A stretch of 64,000 nucleotides of DNA from the human T2T-CHM13v2.0 reference genome, Homo sapiens (GCF_009914755.1 NC_060940.1); one strand, 5' to 3'. Shown: positions 22,157-48,245, numbered from the stretch's first letter. Program-made: numbers and translations. Notes: a model not told the origin generated them from the sequence alone.

Positions 22157-22516
22157 ACCTAAGCCCATCCCTTCTCCTGCCCCATTTTCCTGATGGGAAG
22201 ATGGAGACCCCAGAAGCAGTTCCAGCTACACAGTCAAGGCCCTGCCTCTCTTCAGGCTCCACAGTTTCCCTTTCTGTAAGGTGGAGTTGGGGGGGGGTCT
22301 TTGTCCTGGCCCCCATGGTCCTGTGTCAATGGAGCTGAGAAAATGCTTTGCAAAGCCCGAGGCACATGTGTGTTGACTGCATAGAGTCGGCAAAGCCTCC
22401 TAATCCGCCCCTGCTCTTGGGTCTGGTCAGGTCACTGCAGCATGAAGCCGCAGACGCTCTTCTCCCTCCCCAACAATCTCGCTCTGCCCTGGGCTGGCAG
22501 GCACCCCTCCAGCTCA

Positions 22517-22929
<413 letters not shown>

Positions 22930-23233
22930 CTACTGGCTCACCAGGGCACACCATTGCCCTGCCGCATGGAACCACTCTGGATTTGTAGTGCACCCTCTCT
23001 CACCTCCAGGCATTTGCCAATACCGTTTCCTCTGCCAGGAGCACCCCTGTGCATTTCCCAAACTCCTACTCATTCTTCAGAACCCAGCACTAATATCACC
23101 TCCTCCAGGAAGCCTTCCCTGCCTTCCCTTGACATCCTCCACTCAGCTACTATGTTAGTAGCCCCTGCGCTGTTGCAATTATTGGTCACCTGTGTTCCCA
23201 CTTCCCTGGAAGGACAACATCAGCAAGAACTAA

Positions 23234-24860
<1,627 letters not shown>

Positions 24861-24897
24861 CTAGAGGCACTTCAGGGGCCCCACTGGGCACCTCTCA

Positions 24898-25221
<324 letters not shown>

Positions 25222-25844
25222 TTATGGGAGGTCAAGGAAGCCACTGGGTCATTGGGGGTGGGCGCTATTCCATGGATTTGGGATGTGTCACTTCACACAG
25301 ACCACGGGCATGTGCTCCTGGCAGGGCGTTGGGAGGGGGGTAGGCAGATGTCCTCACACAGAGAAAGTTTTACTGACGGGAAGTTCTGCCTCCAGCATGG
25401 ATGTGGGGAAGAGGAAGGGAGGGAGACTGCCAGCCCCTTGGTGGCCTCAGGTCCCTGGGACCACACCATGGGGGAAAGCTCCTTGGGCTGGGCTGATTCT
25501 GGTACAATACAGTTCCTCGGTGACGGCGGCCACGTTGTCTGACTCCATGCTGGAGGAAATAGGAAGCCAGTGTGCTGTTCCTCGGGGCGGGGCCCTTCAA
25601 ATATAAATTTGAGAACCTCTGACTGTCACCTCATGTCTCGACCAGAATGTAAGATGCTGCCCTGGCACACCAGAAACACCAGGGGCTTCTCCCTCGGTCT
25701 CTGCAGAAAACCATTCAGCCCAGTGCACCCGGAGGAACTGACATTTCAAATGATAATGACCTCAGAGAGGGAATAGGGCCGAGTTCACCACCACCCCCTT
25801 CACCGCGCAGGGACCAGTGCTCCAGGCTCCTGACTCTCAGTCTA

Positions 25845-26132
<288 letters not shown>

Positions 26133-26789
26133 TCATCACAGGCCCCACTCTGCCGCCCCGAGCAGTCTGGCTCAGACGCCTCTGATAGATGCATGTTGTG
26201 CAAAAGACAGAAACCCTTTACAGCTCATCTATGCAAGGAAAACCACCTCCTGCACGTGTAGAGCACGTTGCCGTTTGCAGAGCAGGTTCACAAATGCTAT
26301 CGGGTATGGTTGTGTCTCTAGGGACATGTTGCCATCCCCATTTACAGATATGGAAACTGAGGCTCCAGGGGATTTCCAGGAAGAGTTGGCAGGAGGCCAG
26401 ACCAGGGTCTTCCAACTCCTAATGACCGCACTCCCTCAATTTCCTTCAGTGTTCCTTCAATTTTCAGTCTTTTCATTTGCTATCTCCTGCCATATTGGCT
26501 TATGAAAAGCAAAAGCAACATCAAGTTTGGACGATATCTTGAGGATGACTTTTTCTGACCCGCCCCTACCCGGCCCATCCATTTTCCAGAGAGTGAAACT
26601 GAGGCCCCCAAAGGGAAAGGGCACACCCGTGGTCACTAGTTGGTAAGTACAAGAGCTGGGCGCTGTCTGCTTCTCTAAGATGTCATCCACCAGCAGTAAC
26701 CCTCTGACGTCGGCTTGTGAACCTTCTGGAAGGGAGGTATGGGGGAGGGTGTCCTACTGTGTGGTAAAAGGCATAGGAAATGCCCCAAG

Positions 26790-27182
26790 TGCTCCAGTCT
26801 GAATGTGTCCCCCGAAATTCAGGCATTGGAAACTTAATTCCCAGTGCAATGGTGTCAGGAGCTAGGGCCTTCGGGCGCCGTTTAGGCTGCGAGGGCTTTG
26901 CCCTCATGAATAGATTAAAGCTGTTACAAAAGGTTCTGGTGGAGGGTTTCCACTTCCTTTGGCCCTTCTGCCTTCTTCCATACGAGGACAGCATTCCTCT
27001 CCTCTAGTGGACACTGTGGCCTTCAAGACATTGTCTTGGAAGCAGAGAGCAGCCCTCACCAGATGCCAGCACCTTGATCTTGGACTTCCCAGCTTCCAGC
27101 ACAGTGAAAAATAAGTTTCTGTTCTTTATAAGTTACCCAGTCTCATGTATTTTACTACAGCAGCTCAAAAGGCATGAAGACA
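26790..27182 (+). mobile_element. MST-family MaLR solo LTR
   Basis: tctgaatgtgtcccc...ccctcatgaatagatta...caccttgatcttggacttcccagc...ctttataagttacccagtctc. Confidence 0.8.
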
Positions 27183-29135
27183 CCAAGCTTGTGTGTGATT
27201 ATCACAGAGCAGCAAGGGTCCCTCTGACACCTGTCCACACCTCAGGCTGAGCCCTCCCCTGGGTCAGCAAAGGTGAGGTCAGAAGGGCCTAGACACTGGG
27301 CAGTCCCTGCCGGCTTTCCTGCAGCAGCTATTTATGCAGTGTCCTAGATAGAACATGGGCTCTGGACCAGGCTGGCTGGGCTCAGCCATTCGGCTCAGCC
27401 ACCTTCTGGCTGCATAACTTGGACAAATCTCTCTCTCTCTCTCTCCAAGCCTCAGTTTCCTTCTCCATAAGATGGGGATGGCAATAGAATGTCCCTTACA
27501 GAAGACCATGAAGACAAAATGAGGTGCTAGAAGAAGCCTGGCACGTGGTGGACTCTCAGCAAGGGAGCTGTCAAAGCCTTCACAGCCACTGTTGCCTGCC
27601 CTGGGGAACTGAACAGATTCGCCCATATCCTCAAGAAGCTCGTGGTCCAGTGAGGGGACAGGCAGGTGACGTGCAATGCGTGCAGGAAGGAGGAAGCAGA
27701 GGTTGCTGGGGAGTGTGGTAGGGGCTCTGCCTCTGATAGCTGCGGGGCCTTGGGCAGGGCTGTGGGCCGCCCTGCACCTCCACATCACCTGTTGCCTGCA
27801 AGTTTCAGAACCCAAAACGGGCCTGTCAAGCCCCCGTCATACTGGTTCTGGCCATCAGAGGGCACGCGAAGCAGCGTTTAGCGGGACGGAGCAGCACCCC
27901 CAACTCTGCAGACCCCTCGGCTGTCCGGGAGCTGGGTGCTTATGCCGCTGGGCCACCAACAGAGAGAGGACATAGGCGCGATGTCCACAAAGCTCTGGCT
28001 TTACCCCAAACCCTTCCTAGCTGGAGGAATCTTCCAATGACATGCCACATCTTAGGGGCCTCCCTGAAGTCTCCTTGTCCTTGTCTGTGGGGACCATCTG
28101 TGCTTCAGGATGGGCAGAACTGGGGCAGGAGAGCACTGGGGCGGGATGCAGGGCCTAGCATTTGTAGGAGCTCGGGACCCTGAGCCCCTGGCACACAGCA
28201 AGCACTCCACAAATGTTCGCTTTGTAAAAGTTGTTATTCTTCATGCTATTGGAATTTCTTAAGAATCCTCCTTCATTACTCGTACTCGGTTCACATGTTG
28301 GGGTTCCCTGCAGGACGACATTTGGGAAGGAGTATTGCTGCCAAGGAAGCGTGCCCTTCCCACTGCTGGGCAGCTCGAGCTCCTCCCGCAGAGGGCCCTG
28401 CAGAAGGAGGTCCCAGATAGCTGTCCCCCTGCCCCACCCCTGCCCTGCTCTGCTTACTCTCCCTTCCCTGAGCTGCCCAGTGACGGATGTGCCAGGCTTA
28501 GCCCCAGGGAGGAGAGTTCTTAGTTTACTGGGGCACAAGCCCCTTTGAGAATCTAGAGAAAGCCAGCTCTCTTTCCCTAGAAAAGCCAACATATGCTCAA
28601 ATTTTAGCTCCAATGTCTGGGGGGTTTGTGACCCCCTAAAATCTCTATACCCCAGGTTATTAACTCCTTTCCTGCCATGCTGGCTTCCCCCTAACAATAG
28701 CCATAGCTAGGCACAGGGGCTACTGACTCCTGTTCAGGCCCAGGCTAGACATGCTACACATATTAATTTATTATTTCTCATAAGAAATCTGGATGTAAGT
28801 TACCCACATTGTGCCTGTGGGAACACTGGGTCTCAGAAAGGGTAAGCTCACAGAGTTCAATTCCATGCAGAAATTGCATTCTCCCCTTTGCATAGAAAGG
28901 GGCTTCAAGTCCCCCTCTGCCTCCTTGTGATGGGTTAGATGAATAAGGAAGTGAATGAATGCATGGTTTAGCCAGGGCTCAGGAGCAGGGCTGTGAATGG
29001 GAATGGGTAAAAGGGCCACTGGTGACGTGGGGAAGCATTAGATCTTGACCCCATCCCTGATATTCTCCACCTCACAGTGGCTCTCAGGGACTCCTCTCCT
29101 GCCTGCCTGGGCTGCCCTGGCCTCTGGCACATCTC

Positions 29136-30916
<1,781 letters not shown>

Positions 30917-31272
30917 AAAAAAGTTTTTTTAAATGTTAGTAACTTTTGGTGACTTTTGGTGGAATCAACAGTGCTCATGCCCACCTCCCCCACTCCCTCT
31001 GGCCACCAGGTTGGCACTTTTCCTTTTCATCGAGGCAGTTAGGACTCTGTGGCCATGACACCTGGGTTCAAATCCCAGCTCTGTAACTCATGAACCGTGT
31101 AACCTTGGGAACTCCCATCTGCTACCTCAGCTGTAAAATGGGAATGGGGCGGTACTATCTGATGTGATGGTTGTGAATTACTGTGTTCAGTGCTTTAAGC
31201 AGGGCTGGCACAAAATAGGTATCCTACAAGCATTGCTGCTATTATCATCATCATTGTCACCATCACCACCAT

Positions 31273-32197
<925 letters not shown>

Positions 32198-32403
32198 CGT
32201 CATCATCATCCCTTTGGCAAGTCTCATAATGGATGGTGGCTCTCTGATTGGCAAGTGGGTCTCACCTCATTCGCCAGCACCTCCATGGTAGCAGTGCCTG
32301 GGGAGCTGTGCTGGGGAGTATTCTCTGGCCTCATTCCCTCTTGGCCATGCCCGGGGAAGCAGGAGTAGATGCACAAATACAGCGTATTTGCACACCCTAA
32401 TAG

Positions 32404-32817
<414 letters not shown>

Positions 32818-32979
32818 AAGATGTGGCTCTTGAGCCTTGTCATGCCAGTGATTGCTTAGGAGCAAAGTGGCCTTGGCAATACAGCAGCAATAAGACTCCT
32901 TCCTGGAGTCTCTGTGCTGCGAATTATAAAGAACAGGAAGGTCACCCAGGCATGGCCCCAGGGGGAGGACTGTGGCTCA

Positions 32980-33273
<294 letters not shown>

Positions 33274-33795
33274 CTAGGATTGGAACAGAGGTAGCAGAGC
33301 TGACTGTGCACTGGGGGATGGAGGGGCCAGAGGGGAAATGTGTGTGTGTGTGTGGAGGAGCAGGGAGGGACTGATGTGTGCAGAGGAGTTGAGTTGAAGA
33401 TGGGGCCATGTCGCCCCAGGAGAGATGTGGACAGGAGCCTTGCTCCCTAGCACGGCCTGGCTGGTCTTGCACCTCATGCTCAGACATCTGTGAAACAGCC
33501 ACCGCCACCTTACACCTGTTCCCATTCTGTTAGAGCTGGCTGGGGGCTCCAGTTCCCTGAGCTGAGGCCAAAATGAGGCCCGGTTCGCTGCAATGCTGGT
33601 AAGCCCCTCGTGCCAGCTGATGTGCACCCTCATCACAATGAGGGGCATCGGATATTCCTGGTTCTCTAAATAACAAACATTTCTCTGGGAAAGAGGAGGC
33701 GGGACCAGGAAGATGCCTGGCTTCCAGTGGAGACGGGGCCTGGAGGTCAGTGGGGGTAGACAATGTCTTGCTGTCTGTTCTAGGTGCAAACTTCC

Positions 33796-34144
33796 TGTGT
33801 TGTGTGTGTGTGTGTGTGTGTTGTGTGTGTCATTTGTGTCGTGTGTGCATTGTGTGTTGTGTGTGCACTGCATGTGTTGTGTGTTGTGTGTGTTTGTGTG
33901 TGTTGTTTTGTGTTATATCTCTGTTGTGTGTGTGTTGTGCACGTATGTATGTGTTGTGTGTTGTGTGTGTGCATTGTGTGTTGGGTGTGTGTATGTTGAA
34001 TGTTGTGTGTGCATGTATGTGTGTATGTTGTGTGTGTGTTGTGTGTGTCGTGTGTGTGTTGTGTGTGTGTCATCTGTGTTGTGTGTGTATTGCGTGTGTT
34101 GTGTGTTTGTGAGTGTCATGTGTGTGTGCATGCATGCACATGCA
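33796..34144. repeat. Degenerate TG/CA-rich simple repeat of about 350 bp in intron 24
   Basis: Read directly. Confidence 0.95.
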
Positions 34145-34156
34145 GGGGGAGTCTCA

Positions 34157-34300
<144 letters not shown>

Positions 34301-34705
34301 TCAGGGCTCTTCCTGCAGCCCCCAGGAGGGAACAGGACGGTGAGCATTCAATATCAGAAGTCCTCAGCCCCTTGACGGGTAGGGGCCAGAAACTCCATTT
34401 AGGAATCTGAAGAAAGTCATAGCCCGTCTTCCCTTGGAAATGACATGTAATCTTGTTCTCACAATTTGCATATAATTTCAGGGGACTCCTGGACCCTCTG
34501 AATTCTATCATGAGACTTTTAGGGGTACATGCATCCAGGTTAAAGCTGCTGTTTTTAATGTTTCTTATAAAGAAAACAATTTAATAAAGAGACAGCATCC
34601 CTAACACCCCACTCTTATATCCTTCAAAGGTTTATTTATAAGAATAAAAGTATATTAATAACTACTTTTCTTTATTGAGCACCTATTATATGACTGGCAT
34701 ATGCC

Positions 34706-35010
34706 TTTTTTTGTTTTGTTTTTTCAGAGACAGAGTCTCACTCTGTCACTCAGGCTGGAGTGCAGTGGTACAGTCATAGATAACCACAGCCTCGAACTTC
34801 TGGGCTCAAGCGATTTTTCAGCCTCAGCCTCCTAAGTAGCTGGGACTACAGGCACACATCAACACTCATGGGTAATTTTTAAATTTTTTGTAGAGACAGA
34901 GTCTCACTGTGTTACCCAGGTTGGTCTCACATTTCTAGGCTCAAGTGATCCTCCTGCCTCAGCCTCTTAAAGTGCTGGTATTACAAGCATGAGCCGCCAC
35001 ACCCAGCCAG
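34706..35010 (-). mobile_element. Alu (J-like)
   Basis: Alu consensus. Confidence 0.93.
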
Positions 35011-36326
35011 CACATACATTTATATACATTACCTTATTCCTTATTTACATATGAAGTATGTATTATCATTCTCCTTTGACAGAAATTGGTGCTCAGGGAA
35101 GTCCAGTAACTTGTCCAAAGCACACAGCTGGTATGTGAGAGAGTCAGCATTCCAACCCAGGCCAGACTCAGAGCTGCAAGCTCTCTCCTTATGCTATACC
35201 ACCTCTAGATCTTTGGATTTATTTTTTGATATTTGAAAATAGTATTTATGAAGATTCTCTAAGGGATATTCCAGTTATCATCCATGTGTTCATTCTAGTT
35301 CCAGCCACAGTTTAAACTGGAGGCAGAAAGAACAGGGGCTTGGATGGCTCACTTAAAGAGTTTTGTCCACTGAATGGTGTTCAATGTTAGGCCTGTGAGT
35401 TTTGCCCCCTCACTGGGGCCACCATGTGACCCAAGGTATGGATCTCACCTCTGCGTCTGGGGTGAAACTTGGCCTGTGGACCCAACCTTCCTCACTCTGA
35501 TGTTTGGCTCTAAAGCAACCTCTGCAGCCCCTGGGAGGCTGGTATGTGTCAAATAAGAATGGTGCCAATTCCACTTTCCCCCTTCCTCTTGGCAGCCAGG
35601 AAGCTCAGAGGCAGCTTCCATGCTCGATTCCACATAGGTGTGCTTTCTTCTCATCAGGGCACTTGCACGCCCCCTAGTTTTCTCTGCCCTGTTTCTCTGG
35701 GTTGTTCATGTTATTGCATTTGCATTTTTTGTAAATTCCCTCAGTACTGTTTTCAGAAAAAGGCACCAGTCTTCATTTCAGGAGACAGATGAATGTGATT
35801 GGTTGGCCATCAAAATCCATTTGGGGGATCCTGAATGCTCTGAGTGGCTATCCACCCTGATCACGTGACAGGACCATGGCCAGCTGTGGCAGCCAGACCA
35901 TCCTGGAGACTTTCGCTCTGCCCAGTGAGTGCCAGAAGGAATGGCTGGAATGACACTGAGGCCTGGCCAGTGATGAAACGGGTGTCTGGCTGTGCATTCA
36001 AATCCATCCCTGGCACTTCCTTGCTCCTGCGACCTAGGGCAAGTCCCCCAGCCTCTCCAAGCACCAATGTCCCCATCTTTTAGACAGAGACCATCATAAA
36101 GCAGAAGATCCCCTCTTGAGAGTCTCTATAATCACTGAGAGCGTAAACAGTGGAGACAGATGACCTGCATTCATATCTGGGCTCCACTCCCTCCTGGCTG
36201 TGTGACTTTGGGCAAATTAATTAACCTCTCTGTGCCCCAGTCCTTCATTTGTAAAATGCTGGCAATAATACTACCTAACATGCAGCACCACAGAAGCACT
36301 AGCAAATTGTAATGAACTTTCCACTA

Positions 36327-36665
<339 letters not shown>

Positions 36666-36844
36666 TCAGAATGCCCCAGTAGAGCTTAAAACTAGAGGGC
36701 AGAAGGTGTCCCACCGACAAGCCCTTGTTTGGCTTCAAAGCCCGTGTTGCCAGCCCCAAGGGCAGCTTCATTATCCTCGATAGTGGCTGCTGTGCCATAC
36801 AGTAAGGGGCGGGAGTGGTACAGACACAATGAAAGGTGGCTTCT

Positions 36845-37125
36845 GGCCAGGCACGGTGGCTTATGCCTGTAATCCCAGCAGTTTGGGAGGCCAAGGCAGG
36901 CAGATCACTTGATGTCAGGAGTTCGAGACCAGACTGCCCAACATGGTGAAACCCTGTCTCTTCTAAAAATACAAAAATTAGCTGGGTGTGGTGACGCACA
37001 CTTGTAATCCCAGCTACTAGGGAGGCTGAGGCAGGAGGAGTGCTTGAACGAGGAGGCAGAGGTTGCAGTGAGCCGAGATCACACCACTGAACTCCAGCCT
37101 GGGAGACAGAGTTAGACCCTGTCTC

Positions 37126-37156
<31 letters not shown>

Positions 37157-37165
37157 AGAAGAAAG
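36845..37165 (+). mobile_element. Alu in intron 22, antisense to CNGB1
   Basis: Alu consensus with an A/GAAAA tail. Confidence 0.95.
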
Positions 37166-37356
37166 ATAACTTCTGGGGGCTACCCAGCCTGTGCTGGTCT
37201 CCTGGGGCTTGTGGTTTGGAGGACACTCCCACAGGGACCAGCATCCCTCCGTGTGGCAGAAACCACATCTCATGAACGCCCCAGGCACCCAGGGCCCTCT
37301 GAGGCACCCCCTTCTGAAACCCCGCAGACGCTAAACCTTGCATGCCCGGCACACAC

Positions 37357-37407
37357 CTTGAAGCGGCGAGACTTCAGGTAGTTATTTCGCATGTCCTTTT
37401 TGTCCGT
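37357..37407 (-). CDS. CNGB1: CNGB1 exon 22: TDKKDMRNNYLKSRRFK
   Basis: tttcag|ACG ... AAG|gtgtgt, 51 nt. Confidence 0.96.
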
Positions 37408-38468
37408 CTGAAAGAAAGGGAATGATGATGGTGAAATGACCTTACAGCTTAATCTCTGACCCTGTGGAGCAATTGTGAAACTTCCCCAAGAACCCCACCC
37501 TGAAACGAGCATAACAGCCCAAGGACCATCTGAGCCTTGGTGAAAGCCTTGAGTTTTATGGGTGGAGAGGCCCAGCCCCCAGGGAGGAGGGATCTGTTCT
37601 GGTCACCCAGCTAGATCCTGATTTCTTGGGTGGAAAGCAAGGACATTAAGCTTATTCCCTCTGCCCATTGGTCTTACCTGGACCATTTGCACATCTGTTT
37701 ACTAAGGAATTGGTAGTCACTCTGATCAGGCCAGAAAAGAGGTTCTCCAAGGAAATCTCTTTACTTTTTACTTTACTCTCTTTAAATCTCTCCAAGGAAA
37801 ATCGTTTACAGGCAAAACCTGAGCTTGTCTGCACACAGCAAAACAGGCACTGCCGGGGTGGAATTTTGGAAAGTGACCCACACTGGGAGACAGGGACTGT
37901 GTCTCCTGTTCCTGAGAAGTCACAGTCAGGGCCTCAGTTTCCTCCCTGGTAAGGCAGGGGTGGTGCACGGGGCTGGACCAGAGGCCAGGGTCTCAAATTG
38001 GCCCAAGTAGGAGAGCATCAGTGTGTTTTTGCAGGACCCCTGGGAGAAGTCAATTGCCAGTGGATACCTGTGCTGAGCGCCCCGCATGCATCGTTTCAAC
38101 CAATCCTCATGGCAACACTGGGAGGTGGAAGCTATTACTAGCCCCATTCTACAGATGAGGAAACAGAGGCGATTCAGCTAGTTGTGGTGGAGGTGGGATT
38201 CAAACCAGGTACATCCTCACTAAAGACCATTCCCTGGACCACTTCTCTATCTTTGATTCTGTCAAGTGGTCCAGGAACTATTTCACCTATGAGCAATATC
38301 TGATGTGCGTAATTTGAACGTATCAAAGGCATGCAAAATAAACAACCATGCTATTGAACAAGCACAGCAGCCGTTCTTGAGATTTCCTTATTCACTTATT
38401 TTGTCATCTATGACAGCATCAGGGGTCAGTGCCCTGGAGGCTCTGGCTGAGCGGTCTGCCCCCGGTCA

Positions 38469-38795
<327 letters not shown>

Positions 38796-38825
38796 TCAAC
38801 TACTACATGTGGCACTTTTGTAAGA

Positions 38826-39336
38826 GTGTGTGTATGTGTGTGTGTGTGTATATATACACACACACACACACACACACATACACACACACACAACTCTCTG
38901 CTTTAGGAGCCAGGCACAGTGGCTCATGTCTGTAATCCCAGCACTTTGGGAGGCCTAGGTGGGAGGATTGCTTGAGCCCAGGAGTTTAAGACCAGCCTGG
39001 ACAACATAGCAAGACCCCCATCTCTACTTAAAAAAAAAAACACAACTATCTGTTTTAAAAATAAATTACTGCTAATCCCTAATAAATCAGAGTACTCTCA
39101 GGAGGGACTATGCTGGTATTATAAGATAATAGGCAGCCAACTGGAAAACTCATTTGCTTTTATTCTTCTTTAATTTTTTCCCAAAATGTATTTTCTTCCT
39201 CAGTAAATACAGAATAGTAAATAATGCATGAAGGATGGACAGATAGATGGACAGACAGGTGAATGCATGGATGGATGGATGGATGGATGGATGGATGGAT
39301 GGATGGATGGATAGATGGGTATTCCAGATCATCTGG

Positions 39337-39375
<39 letters not shown>

Positions 39376-40142
39376 CTATTTTTGTAGAGATGAGGTCTCA
39401 CTATGTTGCCCAGGCTGATCTTGAACTCCTGGGCTCAAGCAGTTCTTTCACTACAGCCTCTCACAGTGCTGGGATTACAGGTGTGAGCCAATGTACCCAG
39501 CCCATCAGGTTATTTAAAGAATCCAGTGGACACCAGGGTTGAAGTCCTGCCCCCCAAATGTGTGACCTTGAGAAAGTCCCTCTCTGGCACCTGCCCTCTT
39601 CTGAGAAATCACAGGAAAAGGTCAGATAAGAAAGGCAGGGAGCCCTCTGTAAACTCTAAAGTGCTATGCACATATGAAGTGGGTTATTTCTGAGGAATAT
39701 GAAGTGGGCTTAAAGGGAAGCAAGAGGAATTCACATTCCTGCTCTTTTTCTGTTCAGAGCAGGAGCTCTAGGAAAAGGCCAGCACGACCAGAGTGAAAAA
39801 GGACTTGGCCAAGAGTCAGGAGTCCTGGGTCCGCACTAACTAGTTGCATCTTTACCCTGGCTGACTTATCTGTACCTTAGTTTCCTCATCTGTAAAATGG
39901 GTATGATCTTATGTTCCTATTCCAGGGACTTTTGTTGTTGTTTTTAAGACAGAGTCTCACTCTGTCACCTAGGTTGGAATGCAATTGTGCGATCTTGACT
40001 CAGTGCACTCTCCACCTCCTGGATTCAAATGATTCTCCTGCTTCAGCCTCTCAAGTAGCTGGGATTACAGGTGTGCACCACCACACCCAGCTAATTTTTG
40101 TATCTTTAATAGAGGCAGGGTTTCGTCATGTTAGCCAGGCTG
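38826..40142. repeat. (TG)/(CA) tract 38826-38892, Alu monomer + ~38908-39040, (GGAT)n ~39230-39318, Alu monomer - ~39338-39503, truncated Alu - ~39930-40142
   Basis: Read directly, plus Alu motifs. Confidence 0.88.
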
Positions 40143-40294
40143 GGTTTGTTTTGAGAATCAGGCAAGAAACTGTGGAATACTTTTGAAAGGTATAAAAGAT
40201 CATGAACCCAGGTTGTCTGTGGCCTCCCATCCCACCTCTTGAATCCCCTGACCCTCTCCCCATCCCGCTCCAACTCTCCTGCTCTCTCATCTTA

Positions 40295-40597
<303 letters not shown>

Positions 40598-41363
40598 TTA
40601 TACAAGCTACTGCAAGCTCTGTGTGCAGAACCCAAGGTGCTCTTCTGGAGTGAACTCCACAACCCTCCTCAACAGCAACAGCAACCTGGGTGCCCACCCA
40701 GAAGTTCTTACCAATTACAGTCTGGAACTGCTTCTCAGAAGCTGCCCCAAATGAGCTGTTTCTGGGCCAGTTGGATGTTTCAATGTCTGCTTGTGTGTTG
40801 TGCTTAGACCCCCTTTGTTCCCTCTGATGGGATGGGGGCATTTTGTACCCAGTGTTCCCAGTACCCATGGCTGGAATGCTGAAGGGCCTAACAAAATCAA
40901 GGAAGTATTGCTCCAGGTTTCTGAGAGGGAATCTCAACTCTTTCATCTCTAAAAACAGAGACCAGATGGGATCACAGCCTCCCTGTGCATCTATGATGAT
41001 ACTTTTGGTCTAGGGATTGGCTCTTATAGGTTCAATATGGCTATGTTTTCCAGCTTCAAGACTGGGACATCAGGCTCTGCATGGCCTGTTGTGGGCACCA
41101 TGATTTCCAAGATACAGCCTTCCTCTGGAAAGATCTAAAAAATCTCCCTGACAAGAGATCATGTGTCTTATTTCCTCCTGATACCTTGAAAGAAAAGAAA
41201 AATTCGGATAGCCTCAATAAGAACTTTCAAGGCACTGACATCTCTGAAAAATAGGACTGCCTAGTTCCAGAGCAGGCTGTGCACACAATCTGAGTGTAAG
41301 ACCATAAGATACATTTTGGGGTGGCACCACTCACCTACCAGTAGGAAAGGGACAGAAGGGTCA

Positions 41364-41783
<420 letters not shown>

Positions 41784-42446
41784 TCACCCAAAGCTGAGCA
41801 GGCTGAGCCGGGAGGGACCTGTGCACCCCCAGGCCAGAGCTGTGCAGCGTCTGTGTCCCACCTTCTGACAGAGCCTGAAGGAGGTAAGTCCTGCCCCCAT
41901 CTCCTTCTGACATCAGAAACCACAGACCTACCGTAATCACCTAGAAGGAAATTCAGTCCGGGAATAATGCCCAGGTGTTCTGGCCCAGCTTTTGGAAAAT
42001 GTACCACGTAGGCTCTGATTCAGATGGGCAGTTCTGGAAAAAGCGTGACTCCACTTGTAATTTAGGAGGAAACTCTTGGAACTCAGTTTAGAGTTCAGCA
42101 AAATTGGGCTGTTCATCCCAGTGCAGGGTTCACATGAGATATGTGTCCAGGGGCAGAACAGAGAGGGAGCAGGCCTACTTTTTTAGGCTTAGGATGTAAC
42201 TGGTGGAAAAAGCAGTGCAGATACATTCTATATCCCTTTAACTTACAGGAATTAAAGTTTCTGCACTGTCAGCAAGAGAGAGAGAGAAACTGCTTTCTTT
42301 CCTCTGAGTAGCCTCACTGAGATCATCTTGCTGAGCTGAATATCTTTTTTATCTTTTTTTTTTTCATACATTAGGACACAGAAACTGCAGTCGACTACTC
42401 TTTTTGAGCTCAACTGAGGAAGACGGGCTGGAGAAAATGAGGCTCT

Positions 42447-44100
<1,654 letters not shown>

Positions 44101-44499
44101 TTTCTTTTTTCACAAACTCCCCAGGGCAGAACCCACTGGAGATCCTGGTGGTCCTCCCTGTCCCCACTGACCTTTCAGAAGTTCAGCAGCAGGAGCCCTG
44201 CAGGCAGCTCCCCTCAGCCTCTCCTTCACAAGGGGACCTCTGCCTAGAGATCCCTCCCTCTCTGAGCACTGCTGGCCGTGGACACAGCTGGGCCCAGAGG
44301 TTGAGCCCACTGGATTTAACAGGACTCCTGGGCCAGCCAGAAGCAGCCTGGGCAGGCGACCGATCCCGACTTACTGCTCGGAAGCCACTGGCAAAGTCTG
44401 CCTTGCGGTAGAAGGTTCTAAAAGCATCCACACTAGCCCCCCCACATCCCCCACCCTCCCCGCAGTCTTTCAATTTTCTGAGACCCCAGAGGGGTCTCA

Positions 44500-44637
<138 letters not shown>

Positions 44638-45869
44638 TCAGCAAAGGCAGAGGCCCCAGGGAGAAGTGTCATGACTTTGATCCCTAAAGATCATCTAGAG
44701 CCAATTCCTAGATAGAGGATGGGGGGCGGAGCATGAACTTCTGAGTCCTCATTTGCCTGGAGGGAGGGAAAACGGCAGAAGAGAGGGGCATAGCCACTCT
44801 CTAGACCTCAGTCTTCCCATCTGTTAAATGGCTTGGCCTAAAGGTAACAGCATTGGTATTGCACCCCAGTCCTGCCTCTTACCTGTGTGTGGCCTCAGCA
44901 AATTACCAAAACATGCTGAGTTACCTCAGTTTCCCCCTCTGTAAAATGGGATTAAATCTACTCAAGTAAATGAGATACTTATCACTTAGTTCTCAGTTTC
45001 AACTTCCTTCCCCTCTCCTGCTCCCTGTCTAAAGTCACCCACCTCATTCCCCTCTACTCTCTATCACACCACCTTTTCAGCTATCAGAGAAGCCATGGAA
45101 TCCAGTCTCCGCCTTACGGTGTGACCTTAGGTAAGTCCCATCCCCTCCTGAGCCCCAGGCTCCCTATCTGAAGAATGAGGACTAAATGATCCTGGGGTCC
45201 TCCATCAGTCAGGAAGTCCAAGTCTGCCATGGAGTACCTCATTCTTGAGCCATTAGTGTCTTGGCTTATGGTGTCTAGATCTGAAATCCACCTGAATTTC
45301 AGAGACAAGAAGGTTCTTGCCCAACCTGCCTCTGGCCTGACATCAGCAGGTTGGAGCCTGGGTGTCTGACTTGGTGGAAGAGGTGATTTTGACACTATTT
45401 TATGTTGGTATCTTAGGGGCTAACTCTCTGGATTTTCCCACCCTCTGTCCCAGCAGAGAGAATGAATTGGTTTACTGAGAAACGCAAAAGCCTGGGAAAG
45501 AGGAAAAAAGATCAAGAGAGAGAAATTCCTTAATACCACCAAGAAACCAAGCTCCAGTGTTAGAGAAAGAATCCTCTTTAAGATAGAGTAGAACTAACTG
45601 ATGTAGAAACACAAAGATTGTGTCTGGAGGACTCCGCCCAGGCCAATATCTACCAATAGGAAGAGCATTTCATATGTCCATGAATGAAGTCCTGGTGGAG
45701 AAGAATGGTCATTATTAATGACTTCCATTAGCATTTAAAACACAGAAGGCTGAGTGTTAGCACATGAAACCAAGAGTCTGGGGACATGGGTATGCATGTC
45801 ACACATGAAAGCACATCAGGATGAGCATCAGATCAGTCAGTAGCATGAAGATGAGAGTTTAGGACTTGA

Positions 45870-46600
<731 letters not shown>

Positions 46601-46921
46601 GGAATTGAACCTGAGTGTACCAAAAATGGGCATAACATGGTAGTACACACAGCTGAATCAGCAAGAGAAACTTGGCTGTGGGGACATGAAAATAAAATGC
46701 AAGTTGGGAGTGGTAGGACTAGAAAACGGTTAGAGGCTGGGCACCTGCTGTGAAGGTCAGGCTGCAATTGCTACACTCAGCAGGGCTCTCCTCAGCCTTG
46801 GTGAACACAGGGCAGCCTTGCTTCGGTCTTTAGCTGTGACTCTGTGAAAGTAAAATGGTGGAGCTGACTTCCAGAAAATAGGTCCTGGGACCTTGGTTTC
46901 CCAAGGGAAGTTCATGATTAC

Positions 46922-48245
<1,324 letters not shown>
